This document shows, one piece after another, positions 1 to 7,467 of a stretch of DNA of 32,000 bases. Both the position numbers and the translations under genes were made by a program. Location of the stretch: sequence record MW971521.1. One strand, 5' to 3'. Each line of letters opens with the position of its first letter. The stretch's first letter is position 1. Under the pieces are notes generated by a model, which worked only from the letters and a program-made list of their open reading frames with translations, was not told the origin of the DNA and did no database searches.

Positions 1-249
1 ACAAATCTTTGTTTTAAAGAGCACAATTCGTATATTAATTGGTACGATAATTTAGATGCATTGCCAGATGTATATGTTTTCGGCCAAATTTTTTACACTC
101 AGTATGTACTACAAATTTTAATTGCTGGTTTAATATTGTATTTAGCGGTAATTGCTGTTGCATTTTTAACTGTTAAAACGTCATTTCATCGAGGAATGGT
201 GAAAGAGCAGTCAGTTTCTCGTCAGTTATCTAGAAAAAACGTTTTGTAA
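1..249 (+). CDS. nad6: NADH dehydrogenase subunit 6, 3' partial (continues upstream of the window)
   Basis: Frame 1 is open from nt 1 with no stop until TAA at 247-249. The hydrophobic C-terminus (YTQYVLQILIAGLILYLAVIAVAFLTV, then a basic tail ending QLSRKN) matches the usual Nad6 C-terminus. The TTG at 61 in the ORF track is internal, not the start. Confidence 0.75.
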   Translation, partial: TNLCFKEHNSYINWYDNLDALPDVYVFGQIFYTQYVLQILIAGLILYLAVIAVAFLTVKTSFHRGMVKEQSVSRQLSRKNVL

Positions 250-266
250 ACTCTTCTGATTTGACT

Positions 267-340
267 GGCGGAATAGTTCAGTTGGTTAGAACGTTGGAAT
301 CATAATCCAACTGTCGGGGGTTCAAGTCCCTCTTTCGTCA
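267..340 (+). tRNA. trnM(cau): tRNA with CAU anticodon (elongator Met or lysidine-modified Ile)
   Basis: 74-nt cloverleaf. Acceptor ggcggaa/tttcgtc, D stem gttc/gaac, anticodon stem ttgga/tccaa with loop atCATaa, T arm ggggg-ttcaagt-ccctc. It lacks the three G-C pairs expected in an initiator anticodon stem. Confidence 0.85.
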
Positions 341-341
341 A

Positions 342-414
342 AAGCGATTAACTCAATTGGTAGAGTGTCTCGCTTACAACGAGAAAGTTAGTGGTTCGAA
401 TCCGCTATTGCTTA
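342..414 (+). tRNA. trnV(uac): tRNA-Val (UAC)
   Basis: 73-nt cloverleaf. Acceptor aagcgat/attgctt, anticodon stem tctcg/cgaga with loop ctTACaa, T arm agtgg-ttcgaat-ccgct. Confidence 0.9.
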
Positions 415-432
415 TTAACAAAGTATTAAGAA

Positions 433-2010
433 ATGGGAGCATTAACACTTAAGTCATTTTCAGACGAGCTTAGAGAATGGGAATTTATTGAAAGTGAAGG
501 TATTGATCCTATGGACAGTTTCGGAGTCAATTTACGATTATCTATTAGAGAAAATCAGATTTTTTTAGCCGAACCTAATGATGTAACTATTCCTTGGTTG
601 ACTGACAAAGGTCGATTGTTTTTTGATGGAATGTTTGAAGAAACGTCATCATCTAAACAAACTGATTGGGAGAACTTTTTCAAAGAAGTTTCTGAATTGA
701 TGTATTTTGTGGATCATTTGAATTTTCAAAAACAAAACGGATTATCTTTAATTTTTGCATTTGAAAACATAAGTTTAGAAACTTTGAACATGTTGTATCT
801 TTTAAAACAAAGCTGTTCTTTCATTGATTTAAGGAAAGTTGAAAATTATAAATCTTTAAATGATTTAGAATCTGCTTATCAGTTGTCACCGTTAACACAA
901 AAGCCAAAAATTCAAATGTCAACTTTAGCTATTTTATTAAACACTAATCCTAGATATGAAGGATATGTGTTAAATTTGAATTTACGGCAACGTTTTCTTA
1001 AAGGCGATTTCAAACTATTTAATATTGGATCTATGTTAGACCTAACTTTTCCTGCACACAATTTAGGTTCAAATTTTCAAATTGTAAAATCATTAGCAGA
1101 AGGTACTCATTTAGTTTGTCAGGATATTACAAACGCAGAATTTCCTTTAATCATTACTAATACTGAACTTTTTAAACGAAGTGACTCAAAACTTTTTGTT
1201 CATATTTTTAAATATGCTGGTTTATTACAAATCGCTTGGAACGGGTTAAATATATTAAATCATAACATAAGTAACGTGGGAATTCAGTCTTTAAATAAAT
1301 TTTTACCTCTTTCATCGGAGGATTTTGTTAATTTTTTTGGGTTGTATTATATTAACGTTTCATTAAGTGCAACAGCTAACATGAAAAAATTAACAGATCT
1401 ACATCTATTAAACATGTTCAACTTAAGAAGCAGTTCATTCAAAAACCAAATTTTCGTGGATCAGAATGTAAGATCTTTGAATAAGGTTGTTTACGACAAG
1501 TTAAAAAAAAAAATGTTCAAAGACTATTTTTATTTACCAAATAATTTGTTTTTAGAAGAGAGTGAAACGTATATTAATACTCAGGGATTAATTAAAAGAA
1601 CAACTAAATTATTGCATTTTAAAAAAGATGCGAAAACTAATTGGCAAATTACAAGACGAATGTATGCCAACAGTAAATCTTTAATGTTTTTTAGTAATAA
1701 AAAAGATAATCAACTTTTAAATTTTGATTCGATAAACTCATTTAATTTTAAAAATTATGTAAGTTTTCAATTTTATGCTGGGCAAACTTTAACAAGCTTA
1801 AGTTTTTATTTAAACAAACAAAATTCGCCAATCGCTAAATCTTGGACTTCGCCTTTGAAATCATCTAAAATTAAAGTTTATGACACAAAAGTGAAAAACT
1901 GGCTGGATGATTTTTTTAATAACAATGGTAAAGATTCATTTAGTTATAATTCGTCAGTTTTAATAAATTGTTATAAAATACTAAGATCTAGTACTACTAA
2001 TTTTTTTTAA
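433..2010 (+). CDS. nad11: C-terminal (molybdopterin-binding-like) domain of NADH dehydrogenase 75-kDa subunit, encoded as a separate gene
   Basis: 525-aa ORF with an ATG start. It is colinear with NuoG/NDUFS1 after the last Fe-S cluster: GALTLKSFSDELREWEF, IDPMDSFGVN, PWLTDKGRLFFDGM, LLNTNPRYEG, YLPNNLFLEESETYINTQG and NWQITRRM. The corresponding consensus segments are GALTSKPYAFxARPWE, SIDxxDxxGSNI, EEWISDKxRFxYDGL, VGTNPRxEAP and LPGAAYTEKxxTYVNTEGR. The rest is highly diverged. Confidence 0.8.
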   Translation: MGALTLKSFSDELREWEFIESEGIDPMDSFGVNLRLSIRENQIFLAEPNDVTIPWLTDKGRLFFDGMFEETSSSKQTDWENFFKEVSELMYFVDHLNFQKQNGLSLIFAFENISLETLNMLYLLKQSCSFIDLRKVENYKSLNDLESAYQLSPLTQKPKIQMSTLAILLNTNPRYEGYVLNLNLRQRFLKGDFKLFNIGSMLDLTFPAHNLGSNFQIVKSLAEGTHLVCQDITNAEFPLIITNTELFKRSDSKLFVHIFKYAGLLQIAWNGLNILNHNISNVGIQSLNKFLPLSSEDFVNFFGLYYINVSLSATANMKKLTDLHLLNMFNLRSSSFKNQIFVDQNVRSLNKVVYDKLKKKMFKDYFYLPNNLFLEESETYINTQGLIKRTTKLLHFKKDAKTNWQITRRMYANSKSLMFFSNKKDNQLLNFDSINSFNFKNYVSFQFYAGQTLTSLSFYLNKQNSPIAKSWTSPLKSSKIKVYDTKVKNWLDDFFNNNGKDSFSYNSSVLINCYKILRSSTTNFF

Positions 2011-2026
2011 TTTTATTTTTCATTAG

Positions 2027-2464
2027 ATGGATATTAATTTTTTTGTTAAAAACTTCGCAGATTCTAACAGTTATTTTGAACAATTTAATTTATTAAAAAG
2101 TTCTGCAATGAAAGAAGAATATTTAGGAATTTTTATATATTTGTGCTTTGCAATTTTTCTTGCTTTACTAATCGTTATTTTATCATATTTTTTAGTAAGT
2201 CAAAGTCCTGAAACAGAAAAACTCTCTACGTACGAATGTGGATTTGATCCGTATGGTGATACTCGAAATCAGTTTAATATTCGGTTTTATATTATAGCAA
2301 TTTTATTTATTTTATTTGATATTGAAATTATTTTTTTGCTGCCGTGGTGTGTTTCGATTTCGCAGTTAGATCTACTAGGTTTTTGGTCTATGGTTGAATT
2401 TTTGGTAGAACTTGGTATTGGTTATGTATACGCTTGGCGCGTTGGTGCTATTGAATGGAGTTAG
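2027..2464 (+). CDS. nad3: NADH dehydrogenase subunit 3
   Basis: Carries the motifs YECGFDP and FDIEIIFLLPW. The ATG at 2027 gives 145 aa. An internal ATG at 2108 (MKEEYLG...) gives the typical 118 aa and may be the real start. Confidence 0.9.
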   Translation: MDINFFVKNFADSNSYFEQFNLLKSSAMKEEYLGIFIYLCFAIFLALLIVILSYFLVSQSPETEKLSTYECGFDPYGDTRNQFNIRFYIIAILFILFDIEIIFLLPWCVSISQLDLLGFWSMVEFLVELGIGYVYAWRVGAIEWS

Positions 2465-2477
2465 TAGGACCTTTATT

Positions 2478-3335
2478 ATGAGTAATATAAAGAATAAATT
2501 TGATTTTAAATATTTACATACAACTCATCAGTTTCATCTAGTAGATCCTAGCCCTTGGCCTATCTTAGCATCTATAGGAGGTTTTTGTTTAACAAGCGGT
2601 GGTGTTTTATATATGCAAAAAATGTTAGGTGGTTGGGGCCTTTTTTTAAACGGTTTATTTTTGGTACTTTTAGTTATGTTTGTTTGGTGGCGAGATGTTG
2701 TTAGAGAAGCTACTTACGAAGAGCACCATACTGTTGCAGTCCAAAGAGGTTTAAGACTTGGTATGGTTCTGTTTATTGCTTCAGAAATTATGTTTTTTTT
2801 TGCGTTTTTTTGGGCGTTCTTTCACTCAAGTTTAGCACCAGTATTTAATATTGGTGGAGTATGGCCTCCTAAAGCAATTATTGCAGTTGATACTTACACA
2901 GTTCCGTTAACTAATACTTTTATTTTGTTAAGCTCTGGGGCTACTGTAACGTGGGCTCATCATGCTATTATTTTAGGTGCCAAACGACATGTTATAATTG
3001 CATTATTATATACTCTTACTTTGGCTGTCTTATTTACTTATTTTCAAGGCTTAGAATATGTTTCCGCACCTTTTAACATTAGTGATGGAATTTACGGATC
3101 GTGTTTTTATATGGCAACAGGATTTCATGGTTTTCACGTTTTTGCGGGTACTATCGCGTTGTTAGTGTCATTTATTCGAATTGTCTTAAGTCAGCAAACT
3201 ACTACTCATCATTTTGGATTTGAATCAGCAATTTGGTATTGGCACTTTGTGGATGTTGTATGGTTATTTTTGTTTATTAACATCTATTGGTGGGGAAATC
3301 TTGAGCCGCACTTATCTGCAACTGTTTTAATGTAA
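2478..3335 (+). CDS. cox3: cytochrome c oxidase subunit 3
   Basis: Carries HQFHLVDPSPWP, GFHGFHV and WYWHFVDVVWLFL. The first ATG in frame is at 2478. The TTG at 2412 in the ORF track would overlap nad3. Confidence 0.93.
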   Translation: MSNIKNKFDFKYLHTTHQFHLVDPSPWPILASIGGFCLTSGGVLYMQKMLGGWGLFLNGLFLVLLVMFVWWRDVVREATYEEHHTVAVQRGLRLGMVLFIASEIMFFFAFFWAFFHSSLAPVFNIGGVWPPKAIIAVDTYTVPLTNTFILLSSGATVTWAHHAIILGAKRHVIIALLYTLTLAVLFTYFQGLEYVSAPFNISDGIYGSCFYMATGFHGFHVFAGTIALLVSFIRIVLSQQTTTHHFGFESAIWYWHFVDVVWLFLFINIYWWGNLEPHLSATVLM

Positions 3336-3350
3336 TATTTTTAATTATAA

Positions 3351-4604
3351 ATGGTGACTAACTTTTTAAACAAAAATGACCTAGGTCTAAATGAAATTGT
3401 CAAACAAACTGCATTGGCAACACGAACTCGAGCTAGAAATGTATCTTTAAATAAATTTCGATGGAATAAAAATTATCTTTTAGGTTTTGTCGACTGCCAC
3501 TTAGTTCATTACCCAACACCGATTGGTTTAACTTACGCCTGGAGTTTTGGTTCTTTGGCTGGTATGTGCCTAGTTATTCAAATTTTATCAGGTATTTTAT
3601 TATCAACACATTATACTGCTAATATAGATCTGGCTTTTTCAAGTGTAGAGTATATTATGCGAGATGTTCCAAACGGTTGGTTTATTCGCTATGTTCATGC
3701 GAACGGTGCATCAATGTTTTTTATTATAGTGTATTCTCACATTTTTCGAGGATTATACTATGGATCGTACATGAAACCCAGACAGTTACTTTGGTGCTCT
3801 GGAGTAATTTTATTTTTATTAATTATGGGAACTGCTTTTACAGGTTATGTCTTACCTTGGGGGCAAATGAGTTTTTGGGGAGCAACTGTAATTACTAACA
3901 TGGTTACTGCTATCCCGTTCGGCGGTCAAACTATTGTAGAATGGTTATGGGGAGGTTTTACTGTAAACGCTCCAACATTGCGCCGGTTTTATAGCGTTCA
4001 TTTTTTGTTACCATTTTTAATCGCAGGTTTAACTATTATCCATTTAGCGTTACTGCATAAAGATGGTTCTACAAGTCCTATCGGTTCTGATACTGGTGTG
4101 GATGATGTGCCATTTTATCCGTATTATTTTGCTAAAGATTTATTTGCGTTTACATGCTTTGTATTATTCTTTGGCGTATTTGTATTTTTTTTCCCGAATT
4201 TGTTAAATCATCCTGATAACTGTATTCCAGCTGATCCTATGGAAACCCCAAAACATCTAGTTCCAGAATGGTACTTTTTGCCTTTTTACGCAATTCTACG
4301 ATCTATTCCTCATAAAGCTGCGGGTATTGTTGCTATGGTAGGAGCTATTCTAGTTATGCTTTTAATTCCATTTACTTATACGGGTTATATTAGAAATACA
4401 ACTTATCGACCTTTATTTAAAGTATTTTATTGGTTATTAATTGCTGACTTTATTACATTAATGGTAGTTGGACAAGCGCCAATTACAGATCCGTTTATTG
4501 CATTAGGCCAAATAGCGTCAGTTTACTATTTTTCGTTTTTTATCATTTTAGTTCCTTTAATTGGAGTGATTGAAACAAAATTAGTAAATTACAAAGTTAA
4601 CTAG
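3351..4604 (+). CDS. cob: apocytochrome b
   Basis: Carries YPTPIGLTYAWSFGSLAG, RYVHANGASMFF, WGATVITN and PEWYFLPFYAILRSIP. It has about 30 extra N-terminal residues compared with a typical Cob. Confidence 0.95.
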   Translation: MVTNFLNKNDLGLNEIVKQTALATRTRARNVSLNKFRWNKNYLLGFVDCHLVHYPTPIGLTYAWSFGSLAGMCLVIQILSGILLSTHYTANIDLAFSSVEYIMRDVPNGWFIRYVHANGASMFFIIVYSHIFRGLYYGSYMKPRQLLWCSGVILFLLIMGTAFTGYVLPWGQMSFWGATVITNMVTAIPFGGQTIVEWLWGGFTVNAPTLRRFYSVHFLLPFLIAGLTIIHLALLHKDGSTSPIGSDTGVDDVPFYPYYFAKDLFAFTCFVLFFGVFVFFFPNLLNHPDNCIPADPMETPKHLVPEWYFLPFYAILRSIPHKAAGIVAMVGAILVMLLIPFTYTGYIRNTTYRPLFKVFYWLLIADFITLMVVGQAPITDPFIALGQIASVYYFSFFIILVPLIGVIETKLVNYKVN

Positions 4605-4620
4605 AATTTCTGACTTTACA

Positions 4621-4684
4621 GTTAAGAAAGTGATAAATAATTATCTATGGTTTTAACTATTGGGTTCGAGTCCCAGTCTTAACG
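4621..4684 (+). other. tRNA-like element (acceptor stem plus T arm only), a degenerate tRNA or processing signal
   Basis: It has a perfect 7-bp acceptor stem (gttaaga/tcttaac) and a canonical T arm (ttggg-ttcgagt-cccag). Only 32 nt lie between them. I could fold that stretch only into one 5-bp hairpin with a 4-nt loop (gataa-ataa-ttatc), so there is no readable anticodon arm. Confidence 0.5.
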
Positions 4685-4688
4685 AATT

Positions 4689-6698
4689 ATGATGAATCAA
4701 GAATTATTTCAAATATATCATTTAAAAGAAATGTCTCTTTCGGCGGAGCTTTTTTTAAGTTGTTCTATTCTTCAATTTACTTTTTACGCAGTTAGTACAG
4801 CTTACCAACGTAGAGCCGGTTTTATTATATTAAATCAACAAGTTTATTACATAGGTTCTTTGTTTGTTATTTTGTCATTATTTCTTTTGTTAAATGAAGA
4901 TTTACTAATAATGAACTCATTTAATAGTAATAATTTTATCATTAATGACTATTTAAGTTTTGCTACAAAATTATTGATCTGTATTACATCAGTAGCATTC
5001 TTGACAATTATTAATATTTCTTTCAGAGACGAGCCTATTCAAAATAATTTTGAATATGTTGTGTTGATTACTATTTCAGTTTTAGGTCTATTATTACTGT
5101 GTTCAGCAAATGATTTGATTACTGCTTACCTTGCAATTGAGTTGCATAGTATAGCTTTTTATATTATGTCTGCCTTCAAACGCAATTCAAGTTATTCGAT
5201 AGAAAGTGGTTTAAAATATTTTATTATTGGTGCTCTATCATCAGCCTTTTTTTTATTTGGATCTTCTATAGTTTATGGATGTATGGGTAGTTTAATTTTT
5301 GACGATCTTAGGATGTTTTTTTCTTTACTATCATTACCAACTCAAAATAATTTAAATTTAGGAAGCGCAATTATTTTTGATCCATCAATCCTATCTTGCA
5401 GTGCTTATTTAGGAGAAAATTTTCAAACTAATCTGCCACAACCTTATTCAACGACCCCAGATAATTTGCTTGATTGGTGTTTTTTTAATTATGAAGTCAG
5501 TGTTCTTTCTCAAAGTTTTCCAAGTAGTTTTTTACAAGCAAGTTGCAATGAAGATTTTTTGGTCTATCCTATTTTTAGTTATTTTTTTATTGATTTTTTG
5601 ACCAGTATTTTTATCTTGGATTGGATTATTAATCAAGAATTCGTAAATGGATTATTTTTAATATATTACGATGTTAGCTTTATAAAGTCGTTTTCAGCTT
5701 TTGAGTTCTTCCCAAGTTTATCTAATATCGCTAAAACAAGCATTGAGAGTAGCTTGTCAATTTTCTATCAAATTTCAGAACTATACCAAGTTTTTAATGC
5801 GCCAATTTTGACACCAATAGATTGTTCTATGGTTAATTTGGATTTAGTTTCAATAGGTTTTTTTTTAATCTGTGTAAGTTTATTCATTAAACTATCAATA
5901 GCGCCATTTCACTTTTGGTCGTTAGATGTTTATGAAGGCTCACCAAGCACCACAACTTTCTTCTTTGCGGTTATTCCAAAAATAAGTTTGTTTGTTTTAT
6001 TAATGCGGCTTTGTTATGTAAGTTTTTATGAAATTTTCGTAAATGATTTTCAAATTTATTTTTTCGCTTTAGCTGTATTAAGTATTTTTGTGGGTGCATT
6101 AGGTGGACTGGAGCAGCGAAAATTAAAAACTTTGCTTGCATATAGTTCTATAAGTCATACAGGTTATTTATTACTGTCTTTTAGTACTGGAAATGTTGAA
6201 GGGATTTTAATGATGTTTTACTATTTAGCGATTTACATGATTTCGGGACTAAGTTTCTGGGCTGTTTATTTGTTTTTAATTCAAAAAAGAGATATTTATT
6301 ATAATAAAAATAACAAAGAATTAGGAGATTTAGTTTTACTAAAAGAATCGAATCCAATGCTGGCATTTATTTTAGCGATGACTTTATTCTCACTTGCAGG
6401 GATTCCACCTCTTGTTGGATTTTTAATTAAAATAGGTGTTTTCTCCGTTGCCATTAAATCTTCGGCTTACTTAGTTTCAGTTATAAGTATTGTTTTAAGC
6501 GTTATTTCAACGTTTTATTATATTCGACTAATTAAAATTTTATACTTTGAAAATACTTTAGTCGGAAAATTGTATGTTCCTATAAGAACTCAAAAAGCTC
6601 TTTTAATTTCAGTATTAGCTTTGTCATTAATCGTTCTGTGTTTTGATCCAATGGTTATTTATCTTTTATTTTATAAAGCAATATTTATAGCAAATTAG
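4689..6698 (+). CDS. nad2: NADH dehydrogenase subunit 2, with a large internal in-frame expansion
   Basis: Carries LAIELHSIAFYIM, GLKYFIIGALSSAFFLFG, APFHFWSLDVYEGSPS and LAYSSISHTGY. At 669 aa it is about 170 aa longer than a usual Nad2. Confidence 0.9.
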   Translation: MMNQELFQIYHLKEMSLSAELFLSCSILQFTFYAVSTAYQRRAGFIILNQQVYYIGSLFVILSLFLLLNEDLLIMNSFNSNNFIINDYLSFATKLLICITSVAFLTIINISFRDEPIQNNFEYVVLITISVLGLLLLCSANDLITAYLAIELHSIAFYIMSAFKRNSSYSIESGLKYFIIGALSSAFFLFGSSIVYGCMGSLIFDDLRMFFSLLSLPTQNNLNLGSAIIFDPSILSCSAYLGENFQTNLPQPYSTTPDNLLDWCFFNYEVSVLSQSFPSSFLQASCNEDFLVYPIFSYFFIDFLTSIFILDWIINQEFVNGLFLIYYDVSFIKSFSAFEFFPSLSNIAKTSIESSLSIFYQISELYQVFNAPILTPIDCSMVNLDLVSIGFFLICVSLFIKLSIAPFHFWSLDVYEGSPSTTTFFFAVIPKISLFVLLMRLCYVSFYEIFVNDFQIYFFALAVLSIFVGALGGLEQRKLKTLLAYSSISHTGYLLLSFSTGNVEGILMMFYYLAIYMISGLSFWAVYLFLIQKRDIYYNKNNKELGDLVLLKESNPMLAFILAMTLFSLAGIPPLVGFLIKIGVFSVAIKSSAYLVSVISIVLSVISTFYYIRLIKILYFENTLVGKLYVPIRTQKALLISVLALSLIVLCFDPMVIYLLFYKAIFIAN

Positions 6699-6705
6699 GC
6701 TTTGC

Positions 6706-6796
6706 AGAAGAATGGCTGAGGGGTTTAAAGCGAAGATCTGCTAAATCTTTATATAGAATATGAACTATATCGTGGGTTCAAATCCCACTTCTTCTG
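6706..6796 (+). tRNA. trnS(gcu): tRNA-Ser (GCU), long variable arm
   Basis: Acceptor agaagaa/ttcttct, 3-bp D stem, anticodon stem aagat/atctt with loop ctGCTaa, long variable arm, T arm gtggg-ttcaaat-cccac. Confidence 0.88.
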
Positions 6797-6815
6797 ATTC
6801 GGTTTAAAAATAATA

Positions 6816-7379
6816 ATGTTTTTGTATTTAAGAATTTCTTGTAAAGACAAGAGAGTACTAAAAAAATTTTTACGGTTTTTCATAAAAAAAAAGTCTTTGC
6901 CCATTTTTTTGAAGTCGTTTTCAAAACATGAAATGCGAAAAGTTGTCACTGTTTTAAAGTCTCCACATGTGAATAAAACTGCTCAAGAACAATTTGAGTA
7001 CCGGGTATATTCTAAGTCTTTTTTGATTTATTCGTGCAGTAGTCCTTTTCTATTTTCTTTAGTGTTAAAAAGATTAAGAAATGTAGGTTTTCCTGGACTG
7101 GATTTTAAAATAAAAGGAGTTTTGAGTGAAAATAAAATCCATAAGTATATATTGCGAACGGTAAGCCCTGACAATATAACTGTGAAAACGCTGAATTCTG
7201 ATTGGCTGTTTATACAGAAAAAAAAACTTAAAAAAGTTCAATATAAAAAAAATTATAATTTTAAACGTTCATTCTCTAAAAAATACCTCCAGTTCTTTGA
7301 TTTACACGGAGAAATTTGCTTGCAAAAAATTTTTAAGGATATTTATTTGTCACTCTGCATCTTTAGCTCAGTTGGATAG
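6816..7379 (+). CDS. rps10: ribosomal protein S10 with a long C-terminal extension
   Basis: The core LKSPHVNKTAQEQFEYRVYSK matches the S10 motif (sPhvxKksreqfE). At 187 aa it is well above the usual length of about 100 aa. The last 23 nt overlap trnR(ucu). Confidence 0.75.
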   Translation: MFLYLRISCKDKRVLKKFLRFFIKKKSLPIFLKSFSKHEMRKVVTVLKSPHVNKTAQEQFEYRVYSKSFLIYSCSSPFLFSLVLKRLRNVGFPGLDFKIKGVLSENKIHKYILRTVSPDNITVKTLNSDWLFIQKKKLKKVQYKKNYNFKRSFSKKYLQFFDLHGEICLQKIFKDIYLSLCIFSSVG

Positions 7380-7430
7380 AGCAACAGCCTTCTAAGCTGA
7401 TGGCCAGGGGTTCAATTCCCTTAAGATGTT
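7357..7430 (+). tRNA. trnR(ucu): tRNA-Arg (UCU)
   Basis: 74-nt cloverleaf. Acceptor gcatctt/aagatgt, D arm gctc-agttggata-gagc, anticodon loop ctTCTaa, T arm agggg-ttcaatt-ccctt. Confidence 0.88.
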
Positions 7431-7467
7431 AATTTTATAAATAAAAAGGTTAAACTTTTTTAAACAA

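Noticed and set aside
2412-2477. Upstream non-ATG start for cox3, and the upstream starts offered by the ORF track for rps14 (14380, non-ATG), rps3 (18093), rps8 (27798), rpl2 (19141, ATG) and orf160 (20364)
   Set aside because: Each extension overlaps the neighbouring gene or tRNA and adds non-conserved residues. In each case an in-frame ATG sits at the position of the canonical protein N-terminus.
3677-3898. 73-aa ORF in another frame of cob, together with similar overlapping ORFs at 6181-6366, 10416-10640, 12683-12877, 18761-18967 and 20982-21200
   Set aside because: All are embedded in, or antisense to, well-supported conserved genes (cob, nad2, nad7, nad4, rpl2, tatC). They are low-complexity frame artefacts.
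6749-6949. 66-aa minus-strand ORF
   Set aside because: It overlaps trnS(gcu) and the rps10 start on the opposite strand and shows no supporting features.
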